Shown piece after piece: positions 12,381 through 22,665 of a stretch of DNA of 64,000 nt (positions within the stretch are counted from its first letter, which is position 1; each line of letters begins with the position of its first letter). A model generated the notes under the pieces. The model ran no database searches. It saw nothing but the letters and a program-made list of their open reading frames with translations, and had not been told where the DNA came from. The position numbers and the translations under genes are program-made. This DNA comes from Mobula hypostoma (taxonomy: Eukaryota): the NCBI RefSeq assembly GCF_963921235.1, contig NC_086101.1, forward strand, positions 109,864,001 through 109,928,000, given 5' to 3'.

Positions 12381-12409
12381 TCCAGGGTATAATTGGGTGA
12401 ATGTGGGGG

Positions 12410-12700
12410 TGGAGATACATCTCTACCAAAGAAGGTGTAGCCTCCATTTGCCTGCAGGTCAACCTTGAGCAAGGTGTAGCAGCTGCTTAGCAACCTCCCC
12501 CCAACAGATCAGGATCACATGAAACCATGGGAGCAGGTGGTGGATGGTCATATGAGTGGCCGGTGCATATCACAAGCCCTGGTTACACAGCTACTGACAC
12601 CAGGCAGTATTGACAATGGCTGGGGTCACCTGTCTTGTAAAGACACTGCCCGCAAGGCAATGCCAAACCACCACAGTGGGCAAGAAAGGTGGGCTGTCTA
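12410..12700 (+). mobile_element. Interspersed repeat family C (copies at ~17995-18350 +, ~39445-39825 +, ~58849-59205 -)
   Basis: Shared blocks ctgcaggtcacccttgggcaaggtgtagcacctgcttagc, gaagccatgggagcaggtggtggatgg and aaggcaatggcaaaccacttct occur in all four copies. The last block resembles RTE-associated SINE 3' ends. Confidence 0.7.
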
Positions 12701-12986
12701 TCGTAACAAACAGGCCCTTCAGCCCACCGAGTGCATGTTGACCATCAACCACACACTTACACTAACAGTACAGTTTAAAATCAGTAATCTATCCAGGTCT
12801 AGTATTAGCCAGCTTTCTGGTTGGGTTCAGAATGTAGTCTTCTAAGAGACTGCCCCAAAGATACCATGATACTATTCCCCCGGGTCCAAATTAATCTCTT
12901 AGTTGGCTTCAGAAACTGCTTTTCAAAACAGTAACACTTATAACATGGCAACACGGGCAGCTGAACCATACTGTGAGGATCAATGG

Positions 12987-13472
12987 TGAACTGAAGTGCA
13001 GGAGTCACAAAGACTTCAGCTATTCAAATCAGACTAAAGACTTACTACATAAATTAACCAGAAAAACTAACAGGAGCTCAAACTATACAGATTCCTGATG
13101 AACAGAAATCACTGACGATACACAGAAGGACTCAATCTGAGATTCACATGACAAGGAATCACAATGACCCAAAAAGGAGGGGGTGGCATGCCCCCCCCCC
13201 ACCGAAATACACATGAAGGAATTCCAGACACTGACAATAAAGTGCTAATTCAATTACCACAAATTGAATAAAAGTGATAAATACAAAGATCCCCATGATC
13301 ACAAATGAGACAAAATGAAAACCCAGAGCTCGTCGAAAGACAAACCATTAGACATAAAAGGTAAACATTTCGAGGACAATGCAGACCCATGGGTTGATAC
13401 TGAGCAAACACAAACCATATAGCAACTGACACAAAAAAATAACTGACCAAAAAACGGTCCCTGGTTGTGACA
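12987..13472 (-). repeat. Dispersed repeat, possible solo LTR (copy 1; copy 2 at 15331-15879)
   Basis: Colinear homology between the two copies (gtgaac..aagtgcagga.tcaca.agacttcagc ... ccctggttgtgaca). The minus strand starts TGTCACAA. No TSD found. Confidence 0.45.
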
Positions 13473-13954
13473 AACATGAATTATTCATAAAATATAGTAC
13501 AGGGTGAAACAAAAATAAACTTAATGACAATAGCACAAATTGAGGGAAATAGAATCTGTAGCGGAATTACGGATTTGCAAGTGGTTTCAGGAATCTGATG
13601 GCAGAAGTTGAAACTTGAGATGTGGGTCTTCAGACCTCTGTGCTCCTGACTGACGACAGCATCGAGAAGAGGGCACAGCTCAGATAGTAGGTGCTGACCA
13701 CAAGGTTTCTCTCTCTCTCTCACCCTCTCTCACCCCTGCGCCCTCTGGTGAAGTATCCCGCTGTTGCTTCATCATCACCGAGTCCAGATACCAGGACTCT
13801 CTCCCTGACCGAACCTTCACCAGAAGGACGGCAGCACCTCATAGACACAGCTCATCCCTTCCCACCGCTACCCCACCCCTTACCCCTCACATTCTTGAGG
13901 GGCAGTTAGAGGTAAGCGCTAATTTCCAATTCCCATGCACTACACGGGACACAG

Positions 13955-14365
13955 AGATGTCAAACAAGAGAGGAAGAGAGAGATTTAGAAAGAGAAGGAG
14001 GAAGGGAGAAAAAAAGGTGAAAGGTAGAGAGGAAGGGAGGAAGAGATTTAGGAAGAGAAAATATTTAGAGAGGGGGACAGAAAATGAAAAAGAGAAAATG
14101 AGAAAGGGAGGGAGAGATTTAGGAAGAGAAAAGATGAGGCAGGAAATGATTTAGAGATAGATAGATAGAGAGAAAGAAAGATTTAGAGGGAGCAGAAAAT
14201 GAAAGAGAGTGCAGGTTTAAAAAGATAGGGAAAAGAAGTGACAAAGGAAAGTGATAGATTCAGAGAAAGAGAGATATTGTGGGAAAGAGGGAGAGATTGA
14301 TAGAGAGGGTGAGACAGAGAACAAAGAGTGAGAAAGAAGGAGAGAGGCTGTATGGGAGATAGAAA
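13955..14365. repeat. GA-rich low-complexity polypurine tract
   Basis: Nearly pure A/G with recurring gagagatttag(g)aaga units. Confidence 0.85.
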
Positions 14366-14984
14366 GCAAGTCTTCTTGGCCTACGGACCAACCAGTGGTT
14401 CTGCGGCCATAGGCTGAGTGAGCTACTGCAATGCAGTTTGTAAGTGGTACATACTGTAGTCATTGCGCAGTGAGTAGGAACATTTAGGGTTCCCCAGTTG
14501 CTGAACTAGCAAACTCTGAAGAAAGATTTCATTGAATTACAACAATGCAGCCCACTCACAGAACAAGTAGCAATCCCCAGTGTCCGTGCATCGTGACCCC
14601 GAGGGAGTCCCCGAGTGAATTTGAGGAGAACTGGTCACCGAGGGACCGTCCAACAGCCAGCACCACCATGTGGCAAGGGGCAGAATCGCAGGACATAGAC
14701 AAGATTTTGGGACAGAAATACCAGCCGATAGAACATAGAAAGACAGAAAACCTACAGCACAATACAGGCCCCTCGGCCCACAAAGTTATCTGACTATCCA
14801 CACGATCAACGCCTCTCATCATATAGATGTACATCTTTATCCCCCCCTCCCGTATCTTGAATATTCGCTCCACACTGCCAGAGTGGGGGGGGGGGGGTGG
14901 AGTGGTAAACATAACCTGAATTGGGCCCTTTCCAATGTGTTTTCTGATTCTTGCCCAAGTGTCCATTTTAGTGGCATTAGAGGT

Positions 14985-15325
14985 CTGGCAGATGCTGGAA
15001 ATCTTGAGCAACACATCAAAATGCAGGTCAGAGAGCATCTATGGAGGGGAATAAACTGTCGACATTTGGGGCCGAGATCCTTCATCGGCAATGGAAAGGA
15101 AGGGGTAGAGACCAATACAAGGTGGGTAGGAAGGGGCAGAGGAGTAGAAGCTGTCAGGTGAGAGGAAAGGTGGGTGGTTGGGGGAGGGTTTTGAAGCTGG
15201 GAGATTAGATGAAAGGGATAAAGGGTTTAAGAAGAAGGAATCCAACTGGAGAGGACAGTGGACCATGGAAGGAAGGGCTGGAGGAGGGGAACCAGAGGAA
15301 GGTGATGAACAGAGAAGGGATGAGA
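14985..15325 (-). mobile_element. Penelope-like element 3' UTR fragment
   Basis: Antisense to the PLE 3' UTR at 26340-26730, with a degenerate hammerhead region (gtcgacatttggggccgagatccttcatcgg). Similar antisense fragments lie at ~17345-17530, 37880-38200, 41860-42250, 48290-48570, 53010-53330 and 58120-58340. Confidence 0.65.
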
Positions 15326-15330
15326 ACTAT

Positions 15331-15879
15331 TGTGAACTCAAGTGCAGGAATCACAGAGACTTCAGCAAGTCAAACAAACTGAAGACTTATCACAGAAATT
15401 AAGTAGAAAAACTAAAAAGAGCTCAGGCAAACTATATGGAATCTTGACGAGCTGAAAGCACTCCTGCTTCACGGAAGAACTTGGTCTGAGTTTCACCCGA
15501 CAAGGAACCACAATGACCCAACAAAGAGGCATTGGCAAGCCTCCCTGAAATACACCCTGGAGCACGTAGGAATTCTGGAGCAATCAGACAAAGCAATAAT
15601 CCCCAAAGACAGCAACTACATTGAAAGACATTGACAACACCGTACTAATTAAATTATTCCAAATTGAACAAAAGTAATAAAAACAAAGAGATTAACAACT
15701 CCCATGATCCCAAATGAGACACCTGTAAAACAAAGTGAAAACCCAGAGCTCGTCCAAAGACAAACAATTAGACATAAAAGGTAAACAATCCAAGGATAAT
15801 GCACACCCACGAGGTGACATTGAGAAAAGACAGTCCAGGTACTGGCAAAAGAAATGAAAAACGACCCCTGGTTGTGACA
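15331..15879 (-). repeat. Dispersed repeat, possible solo LTR (copy 2)
   Basis: Bounded by TG...CA (tgtgaac ... gtgaca) and homologous to 12987-13472. Confidence 0.45.
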
Positions 15880-16757
15880 CACTCTGCCTGACATGTAATA
15901 CACAGACACAAGACCTCCTATGGTCTGGCTGATCAAATGACTCTACTGCATGCTGACGGCAAGAACAGTCCATTGGAAGTCAGAGAAAGCTACAAAGACA
16001 CACACACACATACAGAACCAATCCCAAAGGCTGTAATGGTGAAGATCAGACATGGGGAACAGCGAGCTGCCAGTTGAGCTCATGACTGTGTGGGAGACAT
16101 TGAAGAAGGTTCCACGTAAACCTTGCACTGTCAACATTCGGTCAAGCCACTAGAGTGGAGATGGGGCCTCTCTGTACACAATTCACTGCATTTAATATCA
16201 GAGAATGCATACAGCATACAACCTGAAATTCTTACTCTTTGCCGACGCCCACAAAACAGAAAGCCCCAAAGAATGAATGATAGAGAAACATTAGAACTCC
16301 AAAGCCTCTCTCCACCCGCCACCCCGCCCCCCGTTCCAGCAGGAAGCATCAGCACCCACCACCCATCAAGTTAGCAATAGCAAAGCCCCCAAAGAGAATC
16401 CAACAAAAACCATTGTTCACCCAGCCCTTCGATATGCCACGGGCTCTCTACCTCTCAATAACAAGGGAGAGAGGTGTCACCCTTTCCACAGCAAGCGGGA
16501 AGACGAACAGATCGCTGTTTCAATGTTATAGTCTGAGTCTGAAGCGACACTATTTCGAGATTCATTACATGTGCACCCCATTTGTTCAACTTAGGAGTGA
16601 GACTATACAACATAGGAGTTGAATTAGGCTATTCAGCCCCACTGAGCCTGCCATGGCTGACTTATGTTCCCTCTGAACCCTATTCTCCTGCCTTCTTCCT
16701 GTTATCTATGACACCCTTACTAATCAAGAACCTATGAGCCCAAGGTTGAATTCTTAC

Positions 16758-17099
16758 CTGGATCTACCTTCAGGGTTACCATGGAGCAAGATTTGCTTCT
16801 GGAATTTGAATTCAGGCGGATGTTGCATTCGTAGGTTCCCATGTCTTCCACTCTGAGGTCGTGGATAGTCAGATTGGCTGTTCCCATTTTGTTCCAACCT
16901 GGTTGCATTGTCGTCCGGCCCCTGTACTGATTTTTCGGCAAATTGTTTGATATGTAGACCACCAACAGAGGTTTCGTTTTCTGCCAGGTTACCTCCATTC
17001 CCTCTCCTTCAACTGTGAATGGGCAGGGAAGTACTGTGGTGCTCCCACAATTGGCCCGGGTGGCAATCTGTGTTGGGGTGCATATGGTTTGAACTGTAG
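16758..17099 (-). CDS. IgV domain exon (domain 1), B7/butyrophilin-like V-set
   Basis: Acceptor cacacacag| at 17099 (alternative in-frame ctacag| at 17093) and donor CCAG|gtaaga at 16758. Phase 1-1, open. Peptide has LPC (B strand), VTWQK, QYRGRTTM, GTANLTIHDLRVEDMGTYEC and VTLKV. Confidence 0.92.
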
Positions 17100-18481
17100 C
17101 TGTGTGTGGGGGGGGGGGTGATGAGAAACAAAAAAACAAGCTTGCATCTCTATAAAATCCATTACAAGTTCACACCATCCCAAAGAGATGCAGTGTCAAT
17201 TTAAGGTGGAAATATGGCTGCTAATGTGCACGTGGTACCATCCTGCACACAGCAATACAGTGTTGGTAGGATCCAAAGACACGCAGAAAACTCAGCCGTT
17301 GGACAAACCCACAAGGTTCATGAACACGAGAGACCCTGTAGTTGCTTGAAATCTGCGGCGACACACACAAAATGCCAGAGGAACTCAGCAGGCCAGGGAC
17401 CATCCAAGAAGCAATAAACAGCTAACGTTCTGGGCTGAGACCCTTCACCAGGACTGGAAAGGAAAGGGGCAGGAGCCAGAGTAAGGTGGATGGAGGGAGG
17501 GGAAGGAGAACAAGCTGCTGGACACAGGAGCAAGATGTATGGGAGAGCTGGGCTGGGGGAGGGGGAGCGGAGATAAGAGTTCAGACTGGAGACAAGTATT
17601 AGGACAGCTGAAGGTTCATTCTAAAGAAAGCATCCTGGACTCCAAATTATAAACATTTCTCTATCTACAGAGCAAATTTCTCAAAGAAGGGAGCATTCCT
17701 TGCTGCCCTTGGAGCAGAGAAGAACAAATCCTGACAGCAGCAGAACAAAATTCTGAAGAAGCTTTACGGGATAGACATTATGAGTACATTCACCAAGTGG
17801 AAGTAATCTGACCCTAGAGGTCTGGTCTCAGGATAACGAATCACTCATTTAAGGCAGAAATTAGGAGTTCTTTTTCTCAAATGTTTGGAATATTATAACC
17901 ACATTCAGCAGAGAATCTCAAATTATCAAGTCTTTGACTGATTCTTGGCCCCTTTTATTATCAAGGGTACATAGGGATTTTGGGTGGCAGGCTGGAGATA
18001 CATCAATACCAAAGGAGGTGTAAGGCACTCCTTCCCTCTGCTAGCCTGCAGGTCACCCTTGGGCAAGGTGTAGCACCTGCTTAGCACCTCCCCCGCCCCC
18101 CCCCCCCCCAGATCAGGGTCACGTGAAGCCGTGGGAACAGGTGGTGGATGGTTTTATATCATAAGTCCTGGTTATGGGACCACTGACACCAGGCAGACAA
18201 TCTCCGAAGAGTATTGATAATAGGTGGGGGGGGGGTGGCACCCATCTTAAAAAGATATTGCCCAGAGAAAGGCACTGGCAAACCACTTCTGAAGAAAATT
18301 TGCCAAGAACAATCATCTTTGCCTACGTCATTTGACATGGCACATTAAGAAATAAATGAACACAGGGATAATGATCAGGGTGATGCTAAAGATCAGCTTA
18401 GCTACAATACATTTGGATTGAGGAAGGTTTGAAGAGCATTGTGGTAGACTCCTGTCCCCTAGGTGTAGGTCAGATTCTTAC

Positions 18482-18551
18482 CTTCACTGACGAGTGTACT
18501 CAAACACAGCACTTTTGCAGCAAGAGAAGCATAGAAGAGGACACCTTGGAC
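18482..18551 (-). CDS. Signal-peptide (leader) exon of the Ig gene
   Basis: Acceptor ctttagtttcag| and donor GAAG|gtaaga. 70 nt, phase 0 to phase 1, encoding VQGVLFYASLAAKVLCLSTLVSE. The phases match the upstream ATG exon (phase 0) and the downstream IgV exon (phase 1). Confidence 0.8.
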
Positions 18552-18639
18552 CTGAAACTAAAGTGGCAAGGGACATCATGTAACAGCAGGAAATTATCTT
18601 CAAAAAGACATTCACAAATATGAGTTGCTGTTCATGGTA

Positions 18640-20118
18640 CAGGTTTCCCCCACCATCTGAAGGTACAGCGTTTCTATGAAACGGTTCGTAAGCTGAAATG
18701 TCGTAAAACAAAGAAGCAATTACCATTCATTTATATGGGAAAAATTTGTGAGCGCTCACAGACCCAAAAATAACCTACCAGATCATGCCAAGTAGCACAT
18801 AAAACCTAAAGTAACAGTAACATATAGTAAAAGCAGGAATGATATGATAAATACACAGCCTATATAAAGTAGAAATATTTTTCCACAATCATTATTGAAC
18901 TCTTCTCCGTAGTGAAAATCTCACGCAAGCGCTGTCGGCAGAAAATCTCACGCAAGCGCAGGTGGGAAAAACACGGCGCAAGCGCTCTCTAGTAACCTTT
19001 AAGCTATGAAGCTGCCAAATCATACCAAATAACACGTAAAAATACACAGCCTATATAAAGTAGAAATATTGTATGTACAGTGTAGTATCACTTACGGGAA
19101 TCCGGAAGACAGCGCCAAGCACACGGATGATGGTGTGTTAGGCTGAGTCAGAGGTTGGGGTGGTGCAGTGGCCCCCACCCTCCAGGCTGCCAAGCGATAC
19201 ATTGCTGCGAAGCATGCAGGGGTCCAGCGGTAGCCAGGAGGCACACAGCACATCTTGAAAAAAGCCAAAAAAAACATGCCAATTAATTAGGTGCCACCGG
19301 CACGTAATTGTCAGCCCAGATCAGTGCCGATTTCCGATTGCGTCGTCTCTGATCTGGGCCGACAATTACGTGTCGGTGCCACCTAATTAATTAGCATGTT
19401 TATTTCGGCTTTTTTCTTAAAGAAGTGCTGTGTGCCTCCCAGCTACCGTTGCATTCTCCACGAATCGGTATCTGTCCGTGGCCTGGGGGTTGGGGTGGTG
19501 GGACACGGGGGTGTCATCTCATCATCGTCTGTTTCCTTTAGAGCAGGCAGCTCATCTTCTATCTCTGTCCGCCTCGATGTCGAAGGTCGAGGTTTGTCAT
19601 CTGCTGTGGCTGATGTGGAAGGCTTACTTGACTGCTGAACCTCGCGCATTTTTCTATCACACAGTTCTTTGTGAGGACTCAAACCATCCTGCAAATATCC
19701 CCTAAACTGATGTACCCTTTCAAAATTAAGGTCGTACTTTATCCTAAATCTCTTCAACATCATGTTCATCAGCTTCCACAAGCCAAACTCACGTTGTCCT
19801 TACTTCGTTCACCACGATCCAAACGCTTAATTATATCTAGTTTTACGCTAAGTGTAACACCCTTACAAGTTGTTTTAGGCTTTTCAGATACCATAGAACT
19901 CATCTTGCAAACGGCTGCTCACAGGCACGTGTTTAAGCAACGCCGGCGAGAATCCGGGGGAGAGCGGCTGCTCAGGGCGTGCGCTGCCTTTTATCGCGCG
20001 CTGATTTTTTTTCTTAACAGTGAAAACACCTTCTGAAAACGAAAACGGGGTACTGATGTAGGTCTTTCGTAACAGTGAGGTTTTGTAAAGCGAACGTTCG
20101 AAAAGTGGGGGACACCTG
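18640..20118 (-). mobile_element. Internally deleted Tigger/pogo DNA transposon
   Basis: TA-flanked TIRs caggtttccccca / tgggggacacctg. The minus strand encodes a CENP-B-like HTH start (KGVTLSVKLDIIKRLDRGE, ~19790-19900) abutting a Tigger-like C-terminus (DLNFERVHQF..LQDGL...KELCDRK). No DDE core. Confidence 0.8.
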
Positions 20119-20389
20119 TATAACTTTCATTTAAGCTTATTATTGTAAGCAATTGCCATTGTTTAAATTTATGCCCAGGGTATAAATGCTATGAGAATCA
20201 TTTTTTTTTGCGGTAGCAAGCAGCACTGTACATTACAGACAAGCACAAGTTAAGATAAACTTAAATTCACACGGTTTCTCCAGAATTTACATGACAAAAT
20301 AGGCATAATGACAATTGTGCAAGTTAAGTGAGAAAAAGAAAATTAGGGTTAAAAGAACTGGATATTGCTAAAGCTTTATGACATTGTGG

Positions 20390-20698
20390 CATCCGTTAGT
20401 CTTGCGAGACCATGGATCTGCACCTGGAAAATCTTTACTCTCCAGGGCACAGGCCTGGGCAAGGTTGTATGGAAGACTACCAGTTGCCCATGCTGCAAGT
20501 CTCCTCTCTCCATGACACCGATGTTGTCCAAGGGAAGGGCATTAGGACCCATACAGCTTGGCACTAGTGTCATCGCAGAGCAATGTGTGATTAAGTGCCT
20601 TGCTCAAGGACAGAACACGTTCCCTCGGCTGGGGCTCGAACTCACGACCTTCAGGTTGCTAGTCCAATGCCTTAACCACTTGGCCACGTGCCCACACC
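20390..20698 (-). mobile_element. tRNA-derived SINE (family A) with 11-bp TSD
   Basis: TSD tgacattgtgg at 20379-20389 and 20699-20709. A box tggccaagtgg and B box gttcgagccc on the minus strand. Confidence 0.9.
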
Positions 20699-20699
20699 T

Positions 20700-21700
20700 G
20701 ACATTGTGGACATCCTGTATTTTCCCAACTAAGTCTCAACATCAGTACCACCAAAGAGCTGATTGTGGACTACAGAAAGGGTAAGACGAGGGAACACGAA
20801 CCAATCCTCATAGAGGGATCAAAAGTGGAGAGAGTGAGTAATTTCAAGTTCCTAGGTGTCAATATCTCTGAGGATCTAATCCAGTCCCATCATAGTGATA
20901 TAGCTATAAAGGCAAAACAGCAGCATTATTTCATTAGGAGTTTGAGGAGATTTGGTTTGTCACCTAAAACACTCGAAAACTTCTATTGATATACTGTGGA
21001 GAGCATACTGACAGACAGCATCACTGTCTGATATGGGGTGGGGGACAAAGAAACTGCAGAAAGTTGTAAAATTAGTCAGCTCCATCATGGTATCATCATC
21101 CTCCATAGTATCCAAGACATCTTCAAGGACATCCTCAGAAAGGCACCCTCATCACCCAGGACATGCCTTCTGTTACCATCAGGTAGGAGGTACAGAAGCC
21201 TGAAGGCACACACTCAACGATTCAGGAACAGCTTCTTCCCCTCTGCCAACCGATTCCTAAATGGACATTGAACACGCAAATACTATCTCACTTTTTAAAA
21301 AATTATTTCCGTTTCTGCACTATGTTTGAGTTACACACATAAAAGTTGCTGGTGAACGCAGCAGGCCAGATAGCATCTATAGGAAGAGGTGCAGTCGACG
21401 TTTCAGGCCGAGACCCTTCGTCAGGACGGTCCTGACGAAGGGTCTCGGCCTGAAGCGTCGACTGCACCTCTTCCTAGAGATGCTGCCTGGCCTGCTGCGT
21501 TCACCAGCAACTTTTATGTGTGTTGCTTGAATTTCCAGCATCTGCAGAATTCCTGTTGTCTATGTTTGAGTTAACTATTTTTAAATATATTTATGGTAAC
21601 TGATTGATCTTTTTTCTATATTTATCATGTATTGCACTGTACTGCCGCCATAAAGTTAACAAATTTCATAATGTGTTCCAGTGATATTAAACCTGATTCT
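20700..21700 (+). mobile_element. Rex1/Babar-like LINE 3' portion (hosts the PLE palindrome)
   Basis: IEGSKVERVSNFKFLGVNISEDL, HYFIRSLRRFGLSPKTLENFY, LPSGRRYRSLKAHTQRFRNSFFPSANRFLNG. Tail tgatattaaacctgattct. Confidence 0.85.
21334..21559. mobile_element. Head-to-head inverted pair of Penelope 3' termini with 14-bp TSD
   Basis: Arms of ~93 bp (21334-21426 and 21430-21523) around a 3-nt loop, plus a 36-nt extension on the right. TSD ctatgtttgagtta at 21320-21333 and 21560-21573. Confidence 0.85.
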
Positions 21701-21859
21701 AATTCAATGTGCTGGCCGCAACTATTCCTTAGGGAGATAACACAGCTGCACATACAAGACATGGGTAGACAGATGAGCCACAAAACAACTTTTTGTCTTG
21801 CGAATGGGGGCGGGAGGGGGTGTTGCTTTCGCTCACTTGTCTGCTACTAGATATAAACA

Positions 21860-22665
21860 CACACAAGAGAAAATCTGCAGATGCTGGAAATCAAAGTAAT
21901 ACACACAAAATGCTGGAGGAACTCAGCAGGTCAGGGAGCACCTATGGAAAAGAGTAAACAGTCGATGTTTCAGGCCCAGACTTTGCACCAGGACTGCAGA
22001 AAAATGATGAGGTCGGAGTAAGAAGGTGGGGGGAGGGGAGGAAAGAATACAATGTAGTAGGTTGTAGGTGAAATTTAGGAGGTGGGGTGTGAAGTAAAGA
22101 GTTGGGAAGTCGATTGGTGAAAGAGATACAGGGCTGAAGAAGGGGGAATCTGACAGGAGAGGATAGAAGACCATGGAAGAAAGGGAAGGGGGAGGAGCAC
22201 CAGAGGGAGGCGATGCGCGGGTAAGGAGATAAAGTGAGAGAGGGAAATGAGAATGGAGAACGGTGAAGTGGGGGGCAATTAACGGAAGCTCGAGAAACCA
22301 ATGTTCATGCCATCAGGTTGGAGGCTACCCAGTATATAAGGTGTTGATCCCCCATCCTGAGTATGGCCTCATCACAGCAGTTGAGGTAACCATGGACTGA
22401 CATTTCGGAATGGGAATGGGAAGTGAAATTAAAATGGGTGGCCACCAGTGAATCCCACTTCTTCTGGTGTATGGAGTGTAGGTGCTCGGCAAAGCGGTCT
22501 CGCAATCTACGTCTGGTCTCACCGATATTCAGCAGGCCACTCTGGGGATACAGTAGACGACCCTAACCAACTCGCAGGTGTAGTGTTGCCTCACCTGGAA
22601 GGACTGTTTGGAGCCCTGAATGGCAGTGAGGGAGGAGTTGTAGGGGCAGGTGTGGCACTTGCTGA
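21860..22665 (-). mobile_element. Penelope-like element 3' part with degenerate GIY-YIG
   Basis: Minus ORFs 22305-22522 contain RDRFAEHLHSIHQKK..LVATHFNFTSHSHSEMSVHG, homologous to 26049-26342. Confidence 0.85.

Noticed and set aside
14556-14720. Possible IgC or other exon (minus-strand donor gtgagt at ~14558)
   Set aside because: None of the three frames gives an Ig-like pattern, and there is no clear acceptor.
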